IMG/VR virus record: IMGVR_UViG_3300032212_000033
Span: 1-44,150 of that record
From: a virus
Taxonomy: Duplodnaviria > Caudoviricetes
Reading direction: 5' to 3' (one strand)
DNA length: 44,150 nucleotides
Made by a program: the position numbers and the translations under genes. The notes under the pieces were generated by a model. That model did not search any database, had not been told where the DNA came from, and saw only the letters and a list, made by a program, of their open reading frames with translations. Each line of letters starts with the position of its first letter. The stretch's first letter is position 1. This document shows, in pieces, positions 1-8,371 of this stretch.

Positions 1-197
1 TCATAGGTGTTTAGGTAGTGGAGCACTGTCCAATTACCGAACGCTTGACCAACCTTTATGTCTTGACCTGAAATAACAACCTTTATAGTTAATGCCCCTA
101 GAGCTATCATACCTACGAACATTCCTACTACAATAGCAAGGATTAGTACCCCTGCCAACATTAACTTCACATTACTGTATAGCTCTTTCATAACTTG
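1..197. repeat. Terminal direct repeat, left copy (circular overlap)
   Basis: 1-197 identical to 43954-44150 except G70 vs C44023. Confidence 0.97.
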
Positions 198-1374
198 CCT
201 TGATAAAATTTTCTTCTTTAACTGCTACTGCTTCATACACAGCCAAACCTATTCCAGGTTTATCACTGACAAGAACGTCAACTTCGATAGGGGTGGCCCT
301 GTCATGATTAGCCTGTCTTGCGACTCTCTGAGTATGTTTACTTGTTTTAAACGACATTGAATATATGACAAGTTTGTCGTAATGGGATAAGTCAACCCCT
401 TCTGCATCTCCGTCAGAGCTGAGTATCTTGAGTTTTGGTATAGCTCTTGAGAGTAAATCTCTTTCAGCGATAAAGTGACACATGACTGCTGTCCGACTAA
501 TGTCGTAGCTTGACCGAATATAAACAAGTTTTTCATTTGTTCCGAGCTCATATGAGCTATCAGCGTGCTTAATTGTTCCACCCTCAAGCTGGTAGTGCAT
601 GGCTCTTCTCTTTGAGTCGGAGTCTGCAAGAATAGTGGTGCCATTAATCTCCATGTATCCTTTTTCACTTATATCCTCCATGTATTGTTTTGATTTTTCA
701 TGTAGCGGCACTTTCACAACCCTTACAGTTGGTTCATGCTTAATACCTACATCTTGTCTAGTCTTAAAGTTGAATAGGTGTTCAACCTTAGCAAGCACCT
801 CCTCAGTCTTATACTTGTTACGTTGGTCTTGTAAACCATAGGGAGTCCTAATCATGTTAGGTATACCATATGTTTTGTACCAAGCATAAAAGTCTTTATA
901 CTTTCTAAAAGGTGACCAATCACTAAGAGCTAACTGATGGTACAGTAAGCCTACATGTTCAGCATAGGGTGTAGCTGATAGGTACAGTATAGCTTTCTTC
1001 TTAGTAAACTGTCTTACAGCTTTCCAAGTCTTAGACTTTCTACCGATACCACTAATACCATGATGTGCTTCATCTAGTATGATAAAGTCATACACTGGAC
1101 CAAGCTTATGAATGGACTCATAGTTTATCACTGTATAGTGCTTACTATGAGTCCACTGCCGTAAAGTATCCTCCCAACCTTCAATGGCTTTCTTCTTAGT
1201 AACAATTAAAACCCTGCTAGCAGTTAAATACTCTGCAGCTGTCAAAGCTGTTAAGGTCTTACCAGTTCTTTCCTTCCATGATAGGTAGGCTAGTCCATGC
1301 TCACGTATAGTCTCAATGGCCCATACCGCACCATCAATTTGATGTTGACGTGGTTTCATTGGTAAGCTCTTCAT
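172..1374 (-). CDS. SF2 (SNF2/DEAH-like) helicase
   Basis: PRQHQ Q-motif, ERTGKT Walker A, ILDEAHH motif II, LSATP motif III. Confidence 0.88.
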   Translation of the reverse strand: MKSLPMKPRQHQIDGAVWAIETIREHGLAYLSWKERTGKTLTALTAAEYLTASRVLIVTKKKAIEGWEDTLRQWTHSKHYTVINYESIHKLGPVYDFIILDEAHHGISGIGRKSKTWKAVRQFTKKKAILYLSATPYAEHVGLLYHQLALSDWSPFRKYKDFYAWYKTYGIPNMIRTPYGLQDQRNKYKTEEVLAKVEHLFNFKTRQDVGIKHEPTVRVVKVPLHEKSKQYMEDISEKGYMEINGTTILADSDSKRRAMHYQLEGGTIKHADSSYELGTNEKLVYIRSSYDISRTAVMCHFIAERDLLSRAIPKLKILSSDGDAEGVDLSHYDKLVIYSMSFKTSKHTQRVARQANHDRATPIEVDVLVSDKPGIGLAVYEAVAVKEENFIKASYERAIQ

Positions 1375-1579
1375 ACTTCTTCATTAAAGCCTTATCAGTA
1401 AAAGGCTCAACCTGCATTCCATGAACGCCCCACATAAGTGCAGCTGTCTTAAGGCTGGGATAGTTCCCATTCTTTAGGTAGTGACTAACCATTCCAGGTG
1501 TAATCTCTACACTTGCAGCAATCTCCTTTGGAGTGTTGTCATGGTCTAGTAACACGGTGATAGCTTCATTAATTTCCAT
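1334..1579 (-). CDS. Small XRE/Cro-like HTH DNA-binding protein
   Basis: TPKEIAASVEITPGMVSHYLKNGNYPS HTH pattern; AAGGA SD. Confidence 0.7.
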   Translation of the reverse strand: MEINEAITVLLDHDNTPKEIAASVEITPGMVSHYLKNGNYPSLKTAALMWGVHGMQVEPFTDKALMKKYEELTNETTSTSN

Positions 1580-1590
1580 TTCTTATCCTT

Positions 1591-1630
1591 TATATAATTA
1601 TATTCAATTATTCCTTTATTTAAACTTAAG
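1591..1630 (-). promoter_or_regulatory. Putative promoter CTTAAG-N5-ATAAAG-N11-TATAAT
   Basis: Minus strand reads CTTAAGTTTAAATAAAGGAATAATTGAATATAAT; 1591-1623 repeats at 9108-9140 with 1 mismatch. Confidence 0.7.
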
Positions 1631-1692
1631 CCTATAAATCGTCTATATAGCTTTAAAAGTTCTAGGAATAGTAAGGTATTAGTAAAGTATTA

Positions 1693-1713
1693 AAACGGCT
1701 AAAATAGCCGTTT
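1693..1713 (-). terminator. Hairpin terminator after folE
   Basis: AAACGGCTA-AAA-TAGCCGTTT perfect inverted repeat just after the folE stop; core stem followed by T tract. Confidence 0.65.
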
Positions 1714-1717
1714 CCGC

Positions 1718-2287
1718 TTATTTTATAAGGCTTAAGAATTCATTCCTAGCCTTAATATCTTCTTTGAAGATACCTTGAAGCTTTGATGTTGTAGTGGTGC
1801 TGTTAACGTCTTTAATACCCCTATAACATACACATAGGTGACTAGCTTCGATCATTACCGCTACTCCTAAAGGCTCTAAAGCCTCCTGAATAGCATTAGC
1901 AATTTGGACAGTTAAGCGTTCTTGAACTTGCAATCTACGCATGTACTTCTCAACTATTCTGTTAATCTTTGACAGCCCTACAATCTTACCATTAGGTACG
2001 TAGGCTACATGACATACACCAAAGAAAGGTATCATGTGATGTTCACAGAATGACTGAAGTTTAATGTCCTTAACAAGTATCATTTCATCATACCCATCAG
2101 CACCATCTTCAAACACTTTCATAATGTCTTCATCTGATGGAGCATTGTAACCACTTAATAACTCGTCCCAAGCCTTTATAACTCTCTTAGGTGTCTCAAG
2201 CAGTCCTTCTCTGTTAGCGTTCTCACCAACATACCATAGTATATCACTTACAGCTTTCTCAGCTTCTAATCTCTCTACGTGGCTCAT
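1718..2287 (-). CDS. folE: GTP cyclohydrolase I
   Basis: REGLLETPKRV, SFCEHHMIPFFG, GLSKINR, LQVQERLT, HLCVCYRG motifs. Confidence 0.97.
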   Translation of the reverse strand: MSHVERLEAEKAVSDILWYVGENANREGLLETPKRVIKAWDELLSGYNAPSDEDIMKVFEDGADGYDEMILVKDIKLQSFCEHHMIPFFGVCHVAYVPNGKIVGLSKINRIVEKYMRRLQVQERLTVQIANAIQEALEPLGVAVMIEASHLCVCYRGIKDVNSTTTTSKLQGIFKEDIKARNEFLSLIK

Positions 2288-2535
2288 GTATTTTTCCTAT
2301 TCTGTCTTTTCATAGCTATAAACATAGCAAAGTTAGCCACATCGGCACATTCTCTAATAATTGAGGCATCTTCATTCTCATCAAGTGAGTCATTCAACTC
2401 TGACACCTCTTCTTTTAGCAACCTAAGAAGTTCATAAGAGCTTAAACGCTCAAAACCCCCTTTATGCTTATGTACTAGAAGCTTATGCTTCATATGTACT
2501 GTAAAGTCTTCAATCTCTTCATCAAATAAACTCAT
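2284..2535 (-). CDS. MazG-like (d)NTP pyrophosphohydrolase
   Basis: EEVSEL...ECADVANFAM acidic-helix signature (EExxE / ExAD). Confidence 0.7.
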   Translation of the reverse strand: MSLFDEEIEDFTVHMKHKLLVHKHKGGFERLSSYELLRLLKEEVSELNDSLDENEDASIIRECADVANFAMFIAMKRQNRKNT

Positions 2536-3296
2536 AGTAATGACTCCATATAGTTAATGTTGCTCACAGTAAGCTCATGGAATTCCTCAAAGGTAGTGAC
2601 CCTATCAAAATCCACAGCATCAGCAAACTTAGTTTCAGTCTTAGACACATCTAAACCATTTACACCATACCACACAGCTGCAGAAGTGTCCCAACTATTA
2701 ACCAAGTGTTTGTAGTAGGTTACACGTAAGATTTCATCTACACTGTTAAGCATTCCTAACATATGAAACTTCTTAGCGTTATTAGGAGTGTTGAACTTCT
2801 CAAGTATATGTGACCTAACCTTAATAGGTGGCATAAGCTCATAAGCATTAGGTGCACCTAAAATAGAAAGCCCTACAAAGTCTATGTCAGGGTGATGCAA
2901 GGCATTATGAATACTTAACTCATAGCCCTGAGCATCACCTTTAAGTGACTGAGGCACAAACATGGTTCTAAAACCTGCATCTTTGTAAGCTTTAATATCA
3001 CTCTCAATAGTCAACCAGCCTTTAGCCCAAGGTTCAAAAGGATAGTCAGGTAGAACCAAAATATCAGCTCCCACCTTGCGACCAATCTCAATCATTTTAT
3101 CTACGGGTAGGGGCACACCATTTTCAAAGGCTCCATTGTCAAGAAGCGTCTCTTTATTAGAAGCTTTAAACAGTTCAGCGTAAGCATCATCTTTATCCGC
3201 TATATGAGCCAGTACCATGTTCATACCACTACGTTTAATAGCATATGCTGCATCACTTGTAGGGGCAATATGTGCCAACTTAATATCTTCTACCAT
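2532..3296 (-). CDS. dpdA: DpdA-like TGT-fold DNA guanine transglycosylase
   Basis: LLDNGAFE, LVLPD, KFHMLG, SWDTS correspond to TGT/DpdA DSGAF, base-binding Asp, HxLG and nucleophilic Asp motifs; sits among que genes. Confidence 0.72.
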   Translation of the reverse strand: MVEDIKLAHIAPTSDAAYAIKRSGMNMVLAHIADKDDAYAELFKASNKETLLDNGAFENGVPLPVDKMIEIGRKVGADILVLPDYPFEPWAKGWLTIESDIKAYKDAGFRTMFVPQSLKGDAQGYELSIHNALHHPDIDFVGLSILGAPNAYELMPPIKVRSHILEKFNTPNNAKKFHMLGMLNSVDEILRVTYYKHLVNSWDTSAAVWYGVNGLDVSKTETKFADAVDFDRVTTFEEFHELTVSNINYMESLL

Positions 3297-3637
3297 TCTT
3301 CAACTCCTCTATAAACTGCACCGTTCTCATTATCTTCTAAGACCTCACAACTCTTAAGGTCAAACCTATTATATAACTCTCTAGCTATCATCTCACAACT
3401 CATCTTATCAAAGAAGTGAGTACGGTGATCAGCGTCATAATACTCTTCTTCAAGATACTCTAACATATCCTTCTTAAGCATTATGATTTCTCTATCACGA
3501 TCATCATGATTTACACGTTTCTCACATTTAAAGTAAAACACATGTCTGTGATGGTATCTGAGATAACTAACCTCTTCATGAGGGCAGTCAGCCCATCTAT
3601 GAATTCCCTCAAGCTGAAACTTCATTACTATGTTCAT
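3290..3637 (-). CDS. dpdL: QueD-paralogue T-fold protein, DpdL-like (putative CDG decarboxylase)
   Basis: EGIHRW, LRYHHRHVF (LxxxHRHxF in place of QueD CxxxHGH), SCEMIA, EDNENGA; start at 3637 gives TAATG coupling to queE. Confidence 0.65.
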   Translation of the reverse strand: MNIVMKFQLEGIHRWADCPHEEVSYLRYHHRHVFYFKCEKRVNHDDRDREIIMLKKDMLEYLEEEYYDADHRTHFFDKMSCEMIARELYNRFDLKSCEVLEDNENGAVYRGVEEW

Positions 3638-4251
3638 TATCTTACCTCCATAGCTTTGTGTGTTTGAAGTGATAGCTTCCACTCAGGGTTAGCCTTCACA
3701 AACTCTATACAGTATCTAACATTATCCATATCCCAGGTATGCTCGTTACCTATAGGCTGAACATATTTACGTTTAATATGCATCCAAGCAAACACATCCA
3801 CAGGATTGTCTACGCCAGCTAATAGCTTAAGCTCATGAAATCCAGTGGATGGTCTAGGTGCATCTTTGTCAAATGCTGCCTTAGGACTATAAGTAATATA
3901 GTCAGCCAATCTCACATTCTCAAGATTGAAGCCATTAGTCTCAACCTGAACGGTTACATTGAGGCTCAGGTTTAGGGCTGCAATGAGAGGATTAACATCA
4001 TGAAGACTGACTTCACCACCAGTAAGGACAACATGGTTAGTACCAGATGATGCAACGGCTTCCACGAGTTCCTTGATAGAGTATGTCTTGACCAAATCTT
4101 TATTAGTGTGAGCTTCATCATCACATACAAAGCCACCCCCAAAGTTACACTTAAGATTACACTTGTAAAATCTGATAAAAAACGCAGCTGTTCCAGCATA
4201 CTTACCTTCTCCCTGTATTGAGTAGAATGTCTCCACTATTTTATAGCTCAT
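3637..4251 (-). CDS. queE: 7-carboxy-7-deazaguanine synthase (radical SAM)
   Basis: ETFYSIQGEG, FIRFYKCNLKC...CD, VLTGGE, VETNG, SPK, LSLQTHK; probable ATG at 4251 overlapping queD stop. Confidence 0.95.
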   Translation of the reverse strand: MSYKIVETFYSIQGEGKYAGTAAFFIRFYKCNLKCNFGGGFVCDDEAHTNKDLVKTYSIKELVEAVASSGTNHVVLTGGEVSLHDVNPLIAALNLSLNVTVQVETNGFNLENVRLADYITYSPKAAFDKDAPRPSTGFHELKLLAGVDNPVDVFAWMHIKRKYVQPIGNEHTWDMDNVRYCIEFVKANPEWKLSLQTHKAMEVR

Positions 4252-4765
4252 AGATAGCCTCCGATTTTGGTGTTTCATTAAAGGTGACACGCTTAACAGT
4301 GACACCCATTTTAGCCATTTTAGTTTTAGCTATGTTAAAGAACCATTTAGATAAGTTCTCAGATGTAGGAACAAAATCCACGACCACAAACGACTCATAA
4401 AATTCATTTTCTAGTTCGTTGTCATCCAGTTCAAAGTATCCATAAGTTGCCCCACTATGAACCCCCTGCTCCACTTGACAAGGTGAGTTACCAGTAATAA
4501 CTGTAAATAGAGGGTCATTAATGTCAACAATAAACTTGTGGTCAATTACCTCATCAATAAACTTCTTGAACCAATTGAGGTGTTTAAAGTCTGTAACCAT
4601 TCCCTCTGTTAGCTCCTCAGCTTCCAATGAAATGGCTACCTTCATTCTGTGCCCATGCAGGTGACGGCACACACATTGATCATCAATACTGTACTCTTTG
4701 TTAAGTGTTTGATTATGAACTCTATGACCGTAATCACACTCAAACGTTTTTGTTATTCTATGCAT
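4241..4765 (-). CDS. queD: 6-carboxy-5,6,7,8-tetrahydropterin synthase
   Basis: GHRV, CRHLHGH, GMVTDF, DHKF, PTSENL, ETP motifs. Confidence 0.95.
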   Translation of the reverse strand: MHRITKTFECDYGHRVHNQTLNKEYSIDDQCVCRHLHGHRMKVAISLEAEELTEGMVTDFKHLNWFKKFIDEVIDHKFIVDINDPLFTVITGNSPCQVEQGVHSGATYGYFELDDNELENEFYESFVVVDFVPTSENLSKWFFNIAKTKMAKMGVTVKRVTFNETPKSEAIYEL

Positions 4766-5307
4766 TAGTTATCTCCTTGAAATTTAAACTTAATATATGC
4801 ATCACTCTCTACAACCATACCACAGTATGTAGGTTCAATAGGGCAGTTATAACGCTTACATAGTACAGCAGTATCATACTTACTGCCCTTTAATGTAGCT
4901 CCTGTGTCCGCTATATCATCTACCCATAGCACATACCTATCATCAGCTTCAGGTTCCATGTCAACATGAACCCTTGGAATATTTAAAGCATAGGCTACAC
5001 GTGCAGCCACATGCAGTCCACCTCTACCAGTTGTGTAGATAGCTAGATATTTCTCGTTAGGTATCTGTTTAATGAGATCAAACACTGCTTTGTCTTCATC
5101 AATAATGTCCTCACGATGAGCAAGCTCAACCCACTTAGCATACACTTGGATTTTCTGATAGTCCTCAACAAGTGAACCCTTCTCTCTCCAATTGTACTTC
5201 TCAATGCTCCATCTCATAGCACCAAGATAGGCTTCAGGTGACATGTTAGCTTTACACATAGCATGCACCTCAATACCCATATTAGCATAATGATCTTGGT
5301 TTCTCAT
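4765..5307 (-). CDS. DUF3310-like domain fused to type I phosphoribosyltransferase
   Basis: N-term HY..GIE...KYNWREKG..EDYQK (DUF3310 pattern); C-term GRGGL and VLWVDDIADTGATL PRPP-binding motif. Confidence 0.8.
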   Translation of the reverse strand: MRNQDHYANMGIEVHAMCKANMSPEAYLGAMRWSIEKYNWREKGSLVEDYQKIQVYAKWVELAHREDIIDEDKAVFDLIKQIPNEKYLAIYTTGRGGLHVAARVAYALNIPRVHVDMEPEADDRYVLWVDDIADTGATLKGSKYDTAVLCKRYNCPIEPTYCGMVVESDAYIKFKFQGDN

Positions 5308-6203
5308 TTTCTAGCCTTAAATATACTTAGTTCTACTCTAGTAACAAACTCCTCATGACTGACAGAAGTCACTTGGTGCATATCAGCTAGAATACCTGTT
5401 TGAATTGCTTCACCTAATCCCAAACCTTTCTTCTTGTAGAGTGCTAAAGTAGCATCCCACATTTCTTTGGGTTCTGTAAGACCTGCAAGAGCTTTATCAG
5501 CTCCAACCTTACCTACACCTGGAACACCCTTATAGCCATCAGAAGGGTCACCTGCAATCATTTGAAAGTATAAATACTTCACAGCCTCTAAAGGCTTAAC
5601 GATTTCAAACTCCTTCTTACCATAGTTGTAGTGACGACCAGCTGATTGATATAGTACATCCTTATCAAGAGCTGAAAGCAGATACTTCTCAGGGTCTTGT
5701 TTCTTTAAGTGAACTACTACATCATCAGCCTCACAACCATCACATACACGTACAGTTACGGGCACACCATCAATCTCAGTAATACTGAAGATATGAGCCC
5801 ATAACTCATTAAGCCCTGCTGGAGGTCTTGACTCTTTACGTGTAGCTTTATAGTCCTCAACATACTCCATACGGAAGTTAGGAGCTACATCCTCACAATG
5901 TAAACGTTCAGGCTTACCAGTCATGTATATCTCTATACTTGTAGGAGCTTGCTCACGGTCAGTAATAGCATCAACCATCCAAGCATCTGAAATCTCCTCA
6001 ATGTGATAGTTAACGGCATTGTATGCAGACTCTAAGTGTAACTGGTACTCACCACTAACAGCATACTCTGCCTCATCAGCATCATCAAAACCCTCTAAGC
6101 CTTCATCATCACCTTCAAGAGCATCAATGTCACAAAGCTCCTCACCTCTAAATGCTACTCTATAAAGGATAGAGTCACCATCAATTAAAACAACTTTACT
6201 CAT
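5304..6203 (-). CDS. 5'-3' exonuclease (T7 gp6/FEN-like)
   Basis: LIDGDSILYR, YKATR, EADD, DKD, GDPSDGYKGVPGVG; probable start 6203. Confidence 0.92.
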   Translation of the reverse strand: MSKVVLIDGDSILYRVAFRGEELCDIDALEGDDEGLEGFDDADEAEYAVSGEYQLHLESAYNAVNYHIEEISDAWMVDAITDREQAPTSIEIYMTGKPERLHCEDVAPNFRMEYVEDYKATRKESRPPAGLNELWAHIFSITEIDGVPVTVRVCDGCEADDVVVHLKKQDPEKYLLSALDKDVLYQSAGRHYNYGKKEFEIVKPLEAVKYLYFQMIAGDPSDGYKGVPGVGKVGADKALAGLTEPKEMWDATLALYKKKGLGLGEAIQTGILADMHQVTSVSHEEFVTRVELSIFKARK

Positions 6204-7923
6204 AAGTACACTCCCATAGACAACCATCCTTCTCAATAGTATTCATGTTCTGACCTACAAATACATCCACTGGCATAGGTAGGTCACTAATCTTAGTGTT
6301 CACTGTAATAGAGTACCAAGCTTCTCTCATGCACTCAGCTAGTACAGCTCCTACTTCTTTAGCCTCGTCAAGTGAGTCAGCTTCATAAGTATAGGAGTCA
6401 TGAATAAACATGAGCATCTTGCCGTAGTCCTCGCCCAGCCTCTTACGCATGTTCACTAAAGCTAGTTTTGCAACCTCTGCTCCAAGACCTTGGTTCATAA
6501 TATTGTTAGTATCTGTTGGAAGCTTACCAATATATTTACGTCCCATAGGTGTAGACATTACTGTCTTCTTCTGCCAATGACGAATGTTACGATCATGCCA
6601 AGCTTTAATGCCAGGGAAAGTATCAAGCCACTTTTTCTTGTTAGCCTTGAGTTCAGACTCAGGCAGTATCATACCAGTGTACTTTGTTAGTACATTACCT
6701 ACCTGAGCCCATCCAGCACCGTATAGACATGCAAAGTTATAAATCTTAGCAATCTGTCTTAACGAGTTACCACGTCCAGCATCACTAACCTCTTGGTCAG
6801 CACTAAATAGAGAGTCACGTACATAATCATGCATATCTTGTTTCTCTCTAAAAAGTTTCTCAAGAATGGGTTCACCAATCAATACACACAGACTTCTAAG
6901 CTCCAACTGAGCAAAGTCAGCATATACAAAGTATTTACCCTCTTTACACTGAATCATCTGCTTGAGTGATGTAGGTATCTGCTGTAAGTTCATATCGGAA
7001 CACTTAGAACGACCTGAACGAGTACCTATGTTTAGATACCCTTTCACATAGTCATCATCTTTACGTTCATTTAAGAACTTAGTAATGAATGAGTTCTGCT
7101 TTCTAAGTGACCTGACAGTTCTAACATTAGCGGCACGTTCATTACCACTAGCCGCAGCTAAAGCAAGAGCGTCATCATCTGACTGGTCAAGACCAATGTA
7201 AGGTCTCACTTGTTGATAGCTGTTCACATTGATAGGTAGGTTCATTTCATTAATCTGTGAGTTGTTGAGAGCCATACGCTCCTCTAACCACTCAACATCA
7301 ATAGGTAGTTTCTCACCCATCATAGCAAAAGCTTCAATAGTAGCTTTATCAAGCTTATACGTCCACCCAGCCGCATCAATGTCATAAGACTCAAACACTT
7401 TAGGTAGTGCCCAAACATCCATCGCAGCATAAGCATACTGCTGATCAGTTAGTCCACCTGACCAATCCGACTTCTGCATTTTCTTTTTATCGTATACGAT
7501 ACCTTTAGAGAAGTCAATCTGCTCACCATCCATATACACTGGATAGCTACCATCAAACATATCAGCATACATATCTTTACGCCATACACGCATAACTACA
7601 TCATCAAGTGAGTGTTTATCTTTATTGAAGTTTATGATAGTGTCTAGTACATATGTGTCATCCCATGACTCAGGACAAAAACCTAAACAATCCATATCAT
7701 ACTTGAAGTTGTGGCCTACTACATTAGAAGCCTCTTTGATACGCTTCTTAACAAGTGGTAGTGGAAACCTAGCTACATCATAAACATAGACGTTTTTCTC
7801 ATCAAGCTCAGGACAGTAGATTTGCACTACTCTCACGTCACCATGAAGTCCACGTGTTTCAGAATCACAGAATATTTGTTTGTCTTTGAAGTTTACATCT
7901 TCGCTGTTTAGAATTATGTTCAT
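6196..7923 (-). CDS. polA: Family A DNA polymerase with 3'-5' exonuclease
   Basis: Exo CDSET, HNFKYD, YAAMD; pol NLQQIP, ADFAQLELR, RQIAKIYNFACLYG, IHDS. Confidence 0.96.
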   Translation of the reverse strand: MNIILNSEDVNFKDKQIFCDSETRGLHGDVRVVQIYCPELDEKNVYVYDVARFPLPLVKKRIKEASNVVGHNFKYDMDCLGFCPESWDDTYVLDTIINFNKDKHSLDDVVMRVWRKDMYADMFDGSYPVYMDGEQIDFSKGIVYDKKKMQKSDWSGGLTDQQYAYAAMDVWALPKVFESYDIDAAGWTYKLDKATIEAFAMMGEKLPIDVEWLEERMALNNSQINEMNLPINVNSYQQVRPYIGLDQSDDDALALAAASGNERAANVRTVRSLRKQNSFITKFLNERKDDDYVKGYLNIGTRSGRSKCSDMNLQQIPTSLKQMIQCKEGKYFVYADFAQLELRSLCVLIGEPILEKLFREKQDMHDYVRDSLFSADQEVSDAGRGNSLRQIAKIYNFACLYGAGWAQVGNVLTKYTGMILPESELKANKKKWLDTFPGIKAWHDRNIRHWQKKTVMSTPMGRKYIGKLPTDTNNIMNQGLGAEVAKLALVNMRKRLGEDYGKMLMFIHDSYTYEADSLDEAKEVGAVLAECMREAWYSITVNTKISDLPMPVDVFVGQNMNTIEKDGCLWECTYE

Positions 7924-8096
7924 TAGCTACGCCATCTCAAAGCTAAAGCTTCAGCACTTCTAGGTGGGCCACTTCTGTCACGTTGAACAAGCTTGGTGTA
8001 GCTCACACCTGCTTTACTTACCGTTGTACGCATAGCGTAGAAGCCTTTACCTACTGGAGTCTCATTATATCTATTTACATAAATGTCTTCAGGCAT
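7923..8096 (-). CDS. Hypothetical 57-aa protein (not in ORF track)
   Basis: MPEDIYVNRY...ALRWRS; AAGGA SD; TAATG coupled to polA start. Confidence 0.65.
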   Translation of the reverse strand: MPEDIYVNRYNETPVGKGFYAMRTTVSKAGVSYTKLVQRDRSGPPRSAEALALRWRS

Positions 8097-8165
8097 TTCT
8101 GTATCCTTATTGTTTTATTTACTGTCTAGGACAGTTTAATGACCACCACTGTGGCCACTAACTAC

Positions 8166-8369
8166 CTAGAAGGGCAGTACTTCTTCAAGCAGGTCATGAA
8201 AGCTCTTAAGAAGCTGTTCATAACTTGCCTTGTAATCAATGTTCTCATCAGCCTGATTAAGTTGCTTGAGTAGCTTCTTATTCTCAGCTTCAAGAGCATC
8301 AACCCTATCTTCAAGAGCTTGGATGTGCTCATCTCTATCATCACCCAAATCCTCGATATCTAGTGCCAT
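8166..8369 (-). CDS. Small acidic coiled-coil protein
   Basis: Heptad pattern IQALEDRVDALEAENKKLLKQL; follows ssb. Confidence 0.7.
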   Translation of the reverse strand: MALDIEDLGDDRDEHIQALEDRVDALEAENKKLLKQLNQADENIDYKASYEQLLKSFHDLLEEVLPF

Positions 8370-8371
8370 GA

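Noticed and set aside
1-197. Terminal repeat as a biological DTR
   Set aside because: It lies inside coding sequence mid-operon; more likely an assembly overlap of a circular or permuted genome
249-841. Track ORFs 249-668 and 599-841 (and similar nested ORFs at 3972, 6490, 8162, 8602, 8666, 17590, 17609, 18039)
   Set aside because: Alternative-frame or antisense shadows of well-supported genes
1334-1579. Lysogeny repressor or prophage
   Set aside because: No integrase, divergent cI/cro switch or host flanks
1718-4765. Auxiliary tRNA-queuosine or folate pathway
   Set aside because: No queC, queF, queA or folB/K/P; DpdA-like and DpdL-like genes next to the polymerase favour DNA modification
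2284-7923. Z-genome (2-aminoadenine) system
   Set aside because: No PurZ/PurA-like or HD-domain DatZ gene seen
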